Below are positions 19,428 to 27,261 of a DNA stretch of 64,000 nt, in pieces. Under the pieces are notes generated by a model. That model did no database searches, had not been told where the DNA came from, and was given only the letters and a program-made list of their open reading frames with translations. Every line of letters begins with the position of its first letter. Position 1 is the stretch's first letter. The DNA is taken from the NCBI GenBank assembly GCA_036550515.1, contig JAXKGF010000046.1, forward strand, positions 19,462 to 83,461, written 5' to 3'. Both the position numbers and the translations under genes were made by a program. This DNA comes from Collinsella sp. (GTDB lineage: Bacteria; Actinomycetota; Coriobacteriia; Coriobacteriales; Coriobacteriaceae).

Positions 19428-20117
19428 ATGCCCCATACCGCCACTCCCAAGGTTGCTTTAATTTTCGATTGCGATGGCACGCTGGTAAATAGCACCCCCG
19501 TCTGGGCCTATGCCCAGCCTGAGTTATTGCGCCGCCATGGGATTGACGTGACCGTGGATGACTTTGCCCAATTTGAACACCTATCGCTGGAGGATGAGTG
19601 CCAGGCCTACCACGACACGTGGGGCATTGGCGCGAATGGCGAGGAGCTCTACCGTGAGCTAAGCGACATCCTGATCGATGGCTACTCCAAGGTGCCGCCG
19701 CGCGACGGGCTCCTGGCATTTTTGAAGCAGGCGAAGGCGGCGGGAATTGCCATGTGCGTGGCCACGTCCACTCCGGCCGAGCTGGTGCAGTCCGCGCTCG
19801 CTGGTGCCGGGCTCGATGCCTACATGGAGTTTGTTACCACGACGGGTGAGGCAGGACGCTCCAAGCAGTTCCCCGATGTGTACGAGCTGGCGCTGCGCCG
19901 CCTGGAGGAGCGCCATGGGCACAAGTTTGAGCGCGCTTGGGTGTTTGAGGACGCCGTCTTTGGCCTTAAGAGCTCTGGGGTCGCTGGCTTTAAGCGTGTG
20001 GGTATTTATGACCCGCACGGCCGCATGAAGCGCGACGATGTACGCGCCAACTGCGATATCTTTATCGACAGCTACGAGGAGCTGGATCTGGCCCGCGTGC
20101 TTTCGTTTGAGGGATAG
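19428..20117 (+). CDS. HAD-superfamily hydrolase (beta-phosphoglucomutase-like subfamily IA)
   Basis: DxDG motif in LIFDCDGTLVNS, and VFEDAVFGLKS near the C-terminus. GAAAGG RBS before ATG 19428. Confidence 0.75.
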   Translation: MPHTATPKVALIFDCDGTLVNSTPVWAYAQPELLRRHGIDVTVDDFAQFEHLSLEDECQAYHDTWGIGANGEELYRELSDILIDGYSKVPPRDGLLAFLKQAKAAGIAMCVATSTPAELVQSALAGAGLDAYMEFVTTTGEAGRSKQFPDVYELALRRLEERHGHKFERAWVFEDAVFGLKSSGVAGFKRVGIYDPHGRMKRDDVRANCDIFIDSYEELDLARVLSFEG

Positions 20118-20126
20118 GCGAGGGCC

Positions 20127-20768
20127 GTGGCTTGCAAGGTATTATTGGTCTGCGGCTCGCCCGTGGTGGCAAGCGCGAATCTGTTGCGTAGGCTATCGGG
20201 GGAGTGCAATCACGTTGTCGCCGTGGACCGCGGGTTGGATGCGCTGTTGGGCGCGGGACTGGCCTGCGACGTGTATGTGGGGGATGCCGACACGGTGAGC
20301 GATGCAGGTCGCGCGCTAGTCGATGCCGCCACCGACTTTGAAGTTGAGCGCCACGATCCGTACAAAGACTATACCGACCTGGCGTTGGCGCTCGACGCAG
20401 TCCGCCGCCGCTGGCCGGGTGCCGAAGTGGTTGCAACCTGCGCTACGGGCGGCCGTCCGGATATGGCGCTTTCCGTACTGGGCCTGCTCACGGGCTACGA
20501 TGACGCCGCCATCTGGATTGCCGAGGACAGGGTGGTCGCCCGCATCCTCCATGCGGGCGAATCCTGGACCATCGAAGGCGCCGAAGGCAAGACGTTCTCC
20601 ATCATCGCCATAGCCCCTGGGACGGTGGTAAGCGAACACGGCTTAGAGTGGGAACTAGATCACAGCCCCCTAGGTCTGTTGGCGGACACCGGTATCAGCA
20701 ACGTCGTCAGGTCAACAGCCACGATTCAAGTCCACACCGGCACCGCCATCGCTTACCTATATCAATAG
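20127..20768 (+). CDS. thiN: thiamine diphosphokinase-like protein
   Basis: VVAVDRG..YVGDADT and CATGGRPDMALSVLGLL resemble the TPK catalytic domain, followed by a C-terminal thiamine-binding-like beta domain. Confidence 0.6.
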   Translation: MACKVLLVCGSPVVASANLLRRLSGECNHVVAVDRGLDALLGAGLACDVYVGDADTVSDAGRALVDAATDFEVERHDPYKDYTDLALALDAVRRRWPGAEVVATCATGGRPDMALSVLGLLTGYDDAAIWIAEDRVVARILHAGESWTIEGAEGKTFSIIAIAPGTVVSEHGLEWELDHSPLGLLADTGISNVVRSTATIQVHTGTAIAYLYQ

Positions 20769-20796
20769 GTATTTAGAGTCTGAGCCAAAAAAGTCC

Positions 20797-20825
20797 TTGC
20801 ACCCCACGCCAACTTCCCCTATAGT
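20797..20825 (+). promoter_or_regulatory. sigma-70-type promoter for tRNA-Ala
   Basis: TTGCAC, 17 nt, TATAGT, ending 13 nt before the tRNA 5' end. Confidence 0.6.
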
Positions 20826-20838
20826 ATCTCGTCGTCAC

Positions 20839-20914
20839 GGGGGCGTAGCTCAGCTGGGAGAGCGCTTGACTGGCAGTCAAGAGGTCAGGGGTTCGATCCC
20901 CCTCGTCTCCACCA
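20839..20914 (+). tRNA. tRNA-Ala (anticodon GGC), CCA encoded
   Basis: Hand-folded cloverleaf: acceptor GGGGGCG/CGTCTCC with the G3:U70 Ala identity pair, anticodon loop CTGGCAG, T-loop GGTTCGATCC, 3' ACCA. Confidence 0.93.
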
Positions 20915-20925
20915 TCGTGAATGCA

Positions 20926-20953
20926 AGGCCACTCAATAGAGTGGTCTTTTTTA
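20926..20953 (+). terminator. intrinsic terminator after tRNA-Ala
   Basis: AGGCCACTC-aata-GAGTGGTCT followed by TTTTTT. Confidence 0.8.
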
Positions 20954-20967
20954 TTTACATACAATAT

Positions 20968-21114
20968 TTAGTGGCCTGAACTGCATTTTTGCAAATGGCC
21001 CGTCATGTCATTGCAGGTGAAGCTACCGCGCGGCATAAACTCGTAGGGCACGCCAAGCGCGTCGCCCACGGCCATGCCGTAAACGCAATCCCTCACCGTC
21101 CGCGGTAAACCCAT
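20968..21114 (-). pseudogene. N-terminal fragment (48 codons) of an ADP-ribosylglycohydrolase-family gene
   Basis: My translation is MGLPRTVRDCVYGMAVGDALGVPYEFMPRGSFTCNDMTGHLQKCSSGH*. GDALGVPYEF matches the ARH N-terminal signature. It starts 9 nt after the GIY-YIG stop and breaks off after about 40 aa, next to the tRNA terminator. Confidence 0.55.
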
Positions 21115-21123
21115 GGTACACAC

Positions 21124-22047
21124 CTAATTCCAGTTCATGCCAAACTTGCGCGATCCCAATACGTCCTTCCAATGGCTCTCGCGCTCGCACACTTCGGCAG
21201 TGGTCATCTTTGTGTCGCATACCTCAAGGATGGAGTAGGTAAAGTTCTCGATGATGTACCCAGCCCCGTGCTCAGCCATAATGGCCTTGAATGCCTTGTT
21301 GCCGCCCGTAGGGTCCTCGGGGTTGGCATAGGCGCTCCAACGCTGCCAGATACCCAGGTCCGCGCCCGCGTCCTTCTTGCTGTCGCCCGATGCCGAGCCC
21401 ACGTAGAGCTTCCCCGTCGCGGTGTCGGTGATGCAGTAGACGCCCTTCACGTTGTCCAACGCCCAGTACCAGTCGGAGCCCACGCTAGCGATGACGGCCT
21501 GCAGTGTCTTGTGGTCGATGCGAACGTACTTGTAGCCGGGGAAGGGGCTCACGTTGCCCAGGCTCATCGAGTACTCGTACACTACGGGCTCGAAGTCGTG
21601 CATCGTGTTCTCGTAGAACTTGTTGTAGATGTCGCGCCCGATAGGCTTCTTCAACTTGATGATGAGGCGCTTGATGTAGGCCTCGTAGTCGGGAAGAATC
21701 GTCAACTTGTAGCCCACGCCGCCCAGCACCTCGGGTACTGCCTTCTCCACTTTGTGCATGCCGCCGAAGATGAAGTACTCGGGCCCGTAGGTGTAGTACT
21801 GGGCGAACGAGAGCAGGTACTCTGCATGGTTGAGGTTGTTGTTCGCTTGTCCCGTCGCGCTCCTCCACGCGTTCATCTCGTACCATCGCGAGCCGCTATC
21901 GATCTTCTCGGGGGTCGAGGTGTCCTTCAGCAGCATGTCGTACGCGCGCACGTTCACGTCGCCAGCGTTCATGTTGAATTTGATCTTTGTCTTCTCTGGG
22001 TGCGCCACCGGCATCAAATCCCTGAGCGTTATAACAGCATTTCCCAT
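21124..22047 (-). CDS. GIY-YIG nuclease-domain protein with unknown ~200-aa N-terminal domain
   Basis: C-terminal GVYCITDTATGKLYVGSA (GIY..YIG), conserved R in IWQRW, E in ERESHW, terminal GMNWN. No motif recognised in the N-terminal domain. Confidence 0.75.
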   Translation of the reverse strand: MGNAVITLRDLMPVAHPEKTKIKFNMNAGDVNVRAYDMLLKDTSTPEKIDSGSRWYEMNAWRSATGQANNNLNHAEYLLSFAQYYTYGPEYFIFGGMHKVEKAVPEVLGGVGYKLTILPDYEAYIKRLIIKLKKPIGRDIYNKFYENTMHDFEPVVYEYSMSLGNVSPFPGYKYVRIDHKTLQAVIASVGSDWYWALDNVKGVYCITDTATGKLYVGSASGDSKKDAGADLGIWQRWSAYANPEDPTGGNKAFKAIMAEHGAGYIIENFTYSILEVCDTKMTTAEVCERESHWKDVLGSRKFGMNWN

Positions 22048-22527
22048 GTTAATTCCGCCGTTTCAGTTTGATAAGCCTGTAGGTCGAATCATGCCACTCG
22101 CTTTCCAGACGAAAATTAGCGCTCGGCTAACCGCTCTGCTGTTGTCGTTTCTTATGGCGAAGAAGAGCACGAAGCCGATAAGCCCCGCGCCCGTGTTTAT
22201 GCCTTGTATGGCGATTGTTCGTGATGTGCCCGCACAGCTATTTTTGGTGAATAATCCGAAAGTCAGGAAGATAAGTGCGAATCATCCACGCCACCATCCG
22301 TCTCGCCCGCACTCGGGCAATACGCAGTGCCCGCTCCTGATCGGCCGTCCCTAGCGCCGGCGCGAACTCTTAGATGGCGTCTTTTGCGCTCATCACCTTT
22401 CGGAAGACGGTCGCGTCCTGCTTGCCGATGGGAATCGCGATCTTCTTGCCGCCCGCGCGTCACACTCCGTCTTGAACAACATGTCCCATCCGCCCCCTCG
22501 CCTCATCCTCAAAAGGCTCGTCGAAGC

Positions 22528-22881
22528 CTAGCCCACCGTGACGGATTCCCCGGTAAAGGTGCTAATGAGCAGCAGGATAAAGAACGCCAAGTAACTGATG
22601 CTCAGCAGATAGGCAATAACCAAAAAGATGGTCCATCCAACATTGGTCTTACCATCGGCACGGCGTTGCTCGCGATTGCGGCAGAGCCAAATCGTCACGC
22701 CAATGGCCACAATCAGCAACACGAGTGCCGCTGCCGCCAACCCGGCAAGCGCAAACATCACGCCAATGCTCACAGCAATAACCGGGAGCAGCAGCAAGCC
22801 GCACCCGCACCCACCAGGACTATACACGGCGGTCTGTCGGCGTCGCCCCATCGTCACTCCAACCTCAACATCTTTGAGCAC
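22528..22881 (-). CDS. small membrane protein (3 predicted TM helices)
   Basis: Hydrophobic stretches LLLLPVIAVSIGVMFALAGLAAAALVLLIVAIGVTIWL and WTIFLVIAYLLSISYLAFFILLLI. The GTG start shares 1 nt with the higA stop. Confidence 0.5.
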   Translation of the reverse strand: MLKDVEVGVTMGRRRQTAVYSPGGCGCGLLLLPVIAVSIGVMFALAGLAAAALVLLIVAIGVTIWLCRNREQRRADGKTNVGWTIFLVIAYLLSISYLAFFILLLISTFTGESVTVG

Positions 22882-23222
22882 TACAATGCGATAGCCCGCT
22901 GGACAGGAACGATCTTATCCAGTTCCGGTTCGATGCGCCTCTTTTCCGCCTCGAGGTCAAACGCTATCTGGGCGCGCAGCCAATAACCATCCGTCAGGCC
23001 AAAGTAGCGGCAAAGGCGAAGGTCGGTGTCGGCCGTCACGCGACGCCTTCCCAGGATAATCTGCCCAATGCGTTGGGCCGGAATCCCGGTCTCCTTAGCA
23101 AGGCGATATTGAGAAATGCCCATAGGGATAAGAAATTCCTCTTTGAGAAGCTCACCAGGAGTCACCGGTGACAGCAAATCGGGCGCAGTCTCATCACTTG
23201 TGATAATCGACGATTTCGACAT
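22881..23222 (-). CDS. higA: HigA-family antitoxin (XRE HTH)
   Basis: PGELLKEEFLIPMGISQYRLAKETGIPAQRIGQIILGRRRVTADTDLRLCRYFGLTDGYWLRAQIAFDLE matches the HigA antidote signature. ATG 23222 is chosen; the track has TTG 23249. Confidence 0.8.
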   Translation of the reverse strand: MSKSSIITSDETAPDLLSPVTPGELLKEEFLIPMGISQYRLAKETGIPAQRIGQIILGRRRVTADTDLRLCRYFGLTDGYWLRAQIAFDLEAEKRRIEPELDKIVPVQRAIAL

Positions 23223-23280
23223 TCCAAGCCATCCCCTGTCTCCACTCAAAACAGACCCGATAGCGCTCGTTACGATGCAA
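23194..23280 (-). pseudogene. higB: 3'-terminal remnant of higB (RelE/ParE-superfamily toxin)
   Basis: My translation is LHRNERYRVCFEWRQGMAWNVEIVDYHK*, the typical HigB C-terminus (R.CF.W......VEIVDYH). A TGA lies directly upstream, then an AT-rich junction. Only about 27 codons remain. Confidence 0.65.
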
Positions 23281-23385
23281 TCATAGTATCGCCTTACGTT
23301 AATAACGTCAAACGTTTCTATAGACTTACATCTCTATTATACCGTACATCTGTTCGTGTTTTCTAGAGCAGGTATCCTTCGCCAA

Positions 23386-24573
23386 TTAACCAAGCAGAAG
23401 CAATCGTTTGTAGACATCGAGGCCTTTGAGCAGAATTTCCTCGTCAAAGAGCATGGTATCGGTATGCAGAGCGCTCGTGGCATAGGCGGGACAGCCATCC
23501 GGATCACTCGGGTTTTCTTGTCCCTCTGGCACGCCCGTGCCCAGCAAGAAGAACACGCCCGGAAGATGGCGCTGATAGAAGGCGAAGTCCTCGGCAATCA
23601 GCAGCGGCTCGTCCACAAGTTGCAGCTCGGACAAGGCAGGCGCAATGCAGGCAAACAGCTCGGGGTCGTTATCGACTGGCGGATAGCCCTCGGCAAAGTC
23701 AAGATCATACGTACAGCCCGTTGCGGTGCACGCTTCGTCGAGCACACGGCGCACGCTCTCGCGCGCACGGTCGAACATGTCGTCCGTAAACACACGTAGG
23801 CTGCCGGCAACATGGGCCTCCCCCGCCACCGCGTTGCAGACGGTACCGGCCTGCAGCAGGCCGAACTTACCGATACAGGGCTCGTCGGCACCCAACTCGT
23901 CCATGAGCTCGCGCTCGGAAACCAAGAACTTGGCAGCCGCCAATGCCGCATCGTGCGATTCGCCAACGGGAACGCCGTAGGTCTTGGCGATATGGATGCT
24001 CGTGCCATGGATATGAATGTGCGTCTCGCTTGAGCGCGCCAGCAGCGGACCGGGGCAGCTCGCCAACGTACCGGCGGGCAAATCGGGCCATACGTGGAAG
24101 CCAAAGATGCGATCTGCCCCATAGCGCTCGAATACGCCGCTCTCGCACACCGTCTTGGCGCCACCGGTCGTTTCCTCGGCCGGCTGAAACACAAAGAGCA
24201 CGTTGCGCTTAATGACGCCCGGCTGCTCACGAATCGTGCGGTCGACATGTGTCGCGGCGGCAAGCGCCATGGCCATGTGTCCATCGTGTCCGCAAGCGTG
24301 CATCTTGCCGGGATGCGTCGAGGCAAAATCAGCTCCCGTCGCCTCCGCGATGGGCAGCGCGTCCATGTCGGCGCGAATCGCCGTGGCATGCGTAGCGCCC
24401 ACACCGGCATCGAAGAAGGCACAAACGCAGCTCGGACACGGATGGGTCACCTCACAGGCGAGCGGCGCCAACACGCCCTCAATATAGGCGATAGTCTGCG
24501 GAAGATCGAAGTCGAGCTCCGGGATCCTGTGTAAGTCGCGCCGATAGCGACGGAGTTTTTGGAGCTCGGTCAT
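23386..24573 (-). CDS. M20-family amidohydrolase (candidate N-acetyl-diaminopimelate deacetylase)
   Basis: RRDLHRIPELDFDL, HACGHDGH and FQPAEE motifs of M20D peptidases. It is divergent from the lysine riboswitch/DAP genes. ATG 24573 is chosen; the track ORF extends to 24657. Confidence 0.75.
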   Translation of the reverse strand: MTELQKLRRYRRDLHRIPELDFDLPQTIAYIEGVLAPLACEVTHPCPSCVCAFFDAGVGATHATAIRADMDALPIAEATGADFASTHPGKMHACGHDGHMAMALAAATHVDRTIREQPGVIKRNVLFVFQPAEETTGGAKTVCESGVFERYGADRIFGFHVWPDLPAGTLASCPGPLLARSSETHIHIHGTSIHIAKTYGVPVGESHDAALAAAKFLVSERELMDELGADEPCIGKFGLLQAGTVCNAVAGEAHVAGSLRVFTDDMFDRARESVRRVLDEACTATGCTYDLDFAEGYPPVDNDPELFACIAPALSELQLVDEPLLIAEDFAFYQRHLPGVFFLLGTGVPEGQENPSDPDGCPAYATSALHTDTMLFDEEILLKGLDVYKRLLLLG

Positions 24574-24719
24574 AGAGAATCCCTTCGTGAGGCATATCTG
24601 TTGCAACTTATTGTGATACAGGATTGTGGCACACATGTTTCCAGCATATTGCTGCATTTTTTAAACGTTATATACGAATACTCTTGTTTGGTAAAGTGCA
24701 ACGTGGTAGGGTCGTTACC

Positions 24720-24882
24720 ACTTGATAGAGGCGCGGGCACGAAGAGCCGCGGGCGAGTCGGCAGACTTTGACCCTGCGGGGAGGCGAAACCCGCCGAACT
24801 GGGTTTTTCGGGCACGAACAACCTGGTGGGCTTGCGGGAAACACCCGCAGGACTGTCTGCAGCAATGCGGGAGCGCTATCCG
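24720..24882 (+). promoter_or_regulatory. lysine riboswitch (L-box)
   Basis: GATAGAGGCGC at the 5' end, GGGGAGGCGAAACCCGCCGAAC, CTGG, GGACTGTC, and GGGAGCGCTATC closing P1. These parallel the B. subtilis lysC L-box core as I recall it. It lies upstream of lysA. Confidence 0.72.
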
Positions 24883-24951
24883 GACATTGGGTCCACGCTA
24901 TGCGGATTCGATGCGCCGATGGCGCCGTCTGGATAGCGAGGTTTACGGGAC

Positions 24952-27261
24952 ATGGCATTGACCCCCAACGAAGCGTATGCGGCCAAACAGCCGTTTGTGG
25001 ACAAGGAAACGCTCGAGCATATCGTCGAGCAGTTCCCCACACCGTTTCATCTATACGACGAGGCGGGCATCCGCCGCAACATGCAAGAAGTGCGCGACGC
25101 CTTTGCATGGAACCCGGGCTTTAAGGAATACTTTGCCGTCAAGGCCAATCCCAACCCGGCGCTCATCTCCATTCTCAACGAATACGGCTGCGGCTGCGAT
25201 TGCTCGAGCTATACCGAGCTCATGATCGCCCGCTCGCTGGGCATCACGGGACACGACATCATGTTCTCGTCCAACGACACGCCGGCGGCGGATTTTGCCC
25301 TTGCAGATAAACTGGGTGCCATCGTCAACTTTGACGACACCAGCCATATCGAGTTCTTTGAGCGCGTCGCGGGCCCCATCCCCAAGACGGTCAGCTGCCG
25401 TTTTAACCCGGGCGGCCTGTTCCAGCTCTCTAACGGCATTATGGACAACCCCGGCGACTCCAAGTACGGCATGACCACCGAGCAGCTCTTTGAGGCTTTC
25501 CGCATGCTCAAGGCCAAGGGCGCTGTAAATTTTGGCATCCATGCCTTCCTTGCCAGTAACACCGTCACTAACGACTACTATCCCAAGCTCGCACGCATCC
25601 TCTTTGAGCTTGCCGTGCGCCTGGAGCGCGAGACCGGCGCACATGTCGCCTTTATCAATCTGTCCGGCGGCGTCGGCATCCCCTATCTGCCCGAGCAGCA
25701 GGCTAACGACATTCACGCCATCGGCGAGGGAGTGCACGCGGCATACGACGAGATCCTGGTTCCCGCCGGCATGAGCGATGTGGCCATCTGCACCGAGATG
25801 GGCCGCTTTATGATGGGCCCCTACGGCTGCCTGATCACCAAGGCCATCCACGAGAAGCAGATTTACAAGGACTATATCGGCGTGGACGCAAGCGCCGTCG
25901 ACCTCATTCGTCCCGCTATGTATGGTGCCTACCACCACATTACGGTAATGGGCCAGCCGGGTGGCGCCGACAAGACCACAGCGCCCGTTACGGACACCTA
26001 CGACATCACGGGTAATCTGTGCGAGAACAACGACAAGTTCGCCATCGATCGCGAGCTGCCGCATATCGACATGGGTGATGTGCTCGTGATCCACGATACC
26101 GGCGCGCATGGCTACTCCATGGGCTACAACTACAACGGCCGTCTGCGCTCCGCCGAGGTCCTGCTGCGCCCCGATGGCTCGGCAGATCTCATTCGTCGCG
26201 CCGAGCGCCCGGGCGACTACTTTGCCACGCTCGACGTGTTGCCGTGCGGCCGTGAGCTGTTGGCCAAATCGCGTGCTGAAAGCGCCCGCCGTCGCGCCCA
26301 GGACGAACGCCTGGCCGTCGCCGCCCAATGGAACAAACGCATCCAGATCGCGGAAGCGAAGGAGAAGAACATGGATATCCGCAACCTCGTGGGTTCAATC
26401 GTCGCCCTTGTCACGCCGTTTAAAAAGGACGGCAGCGTCGACTTTGACGCGCTCGAGCGCCTTATCGATTTCCACCTGCAAAACGGCACCGACGCCATCC
26501 TCACCCTGGGCACCACCGGCGAGAGCGCCACGATGACCGATGACGAGGACAACTCCGTCGTCGCCGCCGTGGTCAAGCAGGTTGCAGGACGCGTCCCCGT
26601 CATTGCAGGCTCGGGCTCTAACTCCACGCAGACCATGCTCACCAAGTCGCTCACCTACCAAGGCCTGGGCGCCGACGGTCTGCTACTCATTACCCCCTAC
26701 TATAACAAGTCTAACGAAGAGGGTATCTACCAGCACTTTAAGACCGTAGCGGATGCCGTGGACATCCCCTGCATCCTGTACAACATCCCCGGCCGATGCG
26801 GCTGCGGCATCAGCGAGCGCAACGTAGAGCGCCTGGCCGCGCACCCCAACATCATGGGTATCAAGGAAGCCTCGGGCAACGTCGCCTACGCGGCCAAGAT
26901 CGCCCACCTGCTGTCCGACGACTTCCGCATGTACTCGGGCGAGGATGCGCTCACCGTGCCGCTCATGAGCCTGGGCGCCTCGGGCACCATCAGCGTGTGG
27001 GCCGACGTTCAGCCGCAGCTCGTGCATGACATGTGCCGCGCCTATCTGGACGGTGACGTGGCACGTGCCCGCGATATCCAGATTGCCGGTCAGCCGCTCA
27101 TCAACGCCCTCTTTAGTGAGGTCAACCCCATCCCCGTTAAGGAAGCGCTCGCCCAAACGGGTATGATCGAGGCAAACTACCGCATGCCGCTGTGCCCCAT
27201 GGCAGACAACACGCGCGCTGCACTTACCGATGCTCTGAAGGGAGCTGGTCTGCTTGATTAA
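24952..27261 (+). CDS. lysA: diaminopimelate decarboxylase (LysA) continuing in frame into 4-hydroxy-tetrahydrodipicolinate synthase (DapA)
   Basis: One 769-codon ORF. The LysA part has YFAVKANPNP (PLP Lys) and HDTGAHGYSMGYNYNG. A roughly 45-aa Arg/Ala/Glu-rich linker follows, then DapA. There is no in-frame stop between the two. Confidence 0.85.
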   Translation: MALTPNEAYAAKQPFVDKETLEHIVEQFPTPFHLYDEAGIRRNMQEVRDAFAWNPGFKEYFAVKANPNPALISILNEYGCGCDCSSYTELMIARSLGITGHDIMFSSNDTPAADFALADKLGAIVNFDDTSHIEFFERVAGPIPKTVSCRFNPGGLFQLSNGIMDNPGDSKYGMTTEQLFEAFRMLKAKGAVNFGIHAFLASNTVTNDYYPKLARILFELAVRLERETGAHVAFINLSGGVGIPYLPEQQANDIHAIGEGVHAAYDEILVPAGMSDVAICTEMGRFMMGPYGCLITKAIHEKQIYKDYIGVDASAVDLIRPAMYGAYHHITVMGQPGGADKTTAPVTDTYDITGNLCENNDKFAIDRELPHIDMGDVLVIHDTGAHGYSMGYNYNGRLRSAEVLLRPDGSADLIRRAERPGDYFATLDVLPCGRELLAKSRAESARRRAQDERLAVAAQWNKRIQIAEAKEKNMDIRNLVGSIVALVTPFKKDGSVDFDALERLIDFHLQNGTDAILTLGTTGESATMTDDEDNSVVAAVVKQVAGRVPVIAGSGSNSTQTMLTKSLTYQGLGADGLLLITPYYNKSNEEGIYQHFKTVADAVDIPCILYNIPGRCGCGISERNVERLAAHPNIMGIKEASGNVAYAAKIAHLLSDDFRMYSGEDALTVPLMSLGASGTISVWADVQPQLVHDMCRAYLDGDVARARDIQIAGQPLINALFSEVNPIPVKEALAQTGMIEANYRMPLCPMADNTRAALTDALKGAGLLD
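26371..27261 (+). CDS. dapA: DapA module (possible independent initiation inside the lysA-dapA ORF)
   Basis: MDIRNLVGSIVALVTPF.., TLGTTGESATMT, GIKEASGN (Schiff-base Lys). An AAGGAG RBS lies 8 nt upstream of the in-frame ATG 26371. Confidence 0.6.
   Translation: MDIRNLVGSIVALVTPFKKDGSVDFDALERLIDFHLQNGTDAILTLGTTGESATMTDDEDNSVVAAVVKQVAGRVPVIAGSGSNSTQTMLTKSLTYQGLGADGLLLITPYYNKSNEEGIYQHFKTVADAVDIPCILYNIPGRCGCGISERNVERLAAHPNIMGIKEASGNVAYAAKIAHLLSDDFRMYSGEDALTVPLMSLGASGTISVWADVQPQLVHDMCRAYLDGDVARARDIQIAGQPLINALFSEVNPIPVKEALAQTGMIEANYRMPLCPMADNTRAALTDALKGAGLLD

Noticed and set aside
22263-22463. 66-aa minus-strand ORF in the islet (MTRGRQEDRDSH..)
   Set aside because: It is an Arg/Asp/Gly-rich peptide in a different frame from the more protein-like interrupted fragments in the same DNA. 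It is treated as noise within decayed sequence.
23231-23247. ATCCCCTGTCTCCAC resembles the tRNA-Ala 3' end (ATCCCCCTCGTCTCCAC), a possible attR for the islet
   Set aside because: The match needs an indel and is short. It lies inside the higB/higA coding overlap, where the sequence is explained by the protein (..EWRQGM..). It is not convincing as an att repeat.
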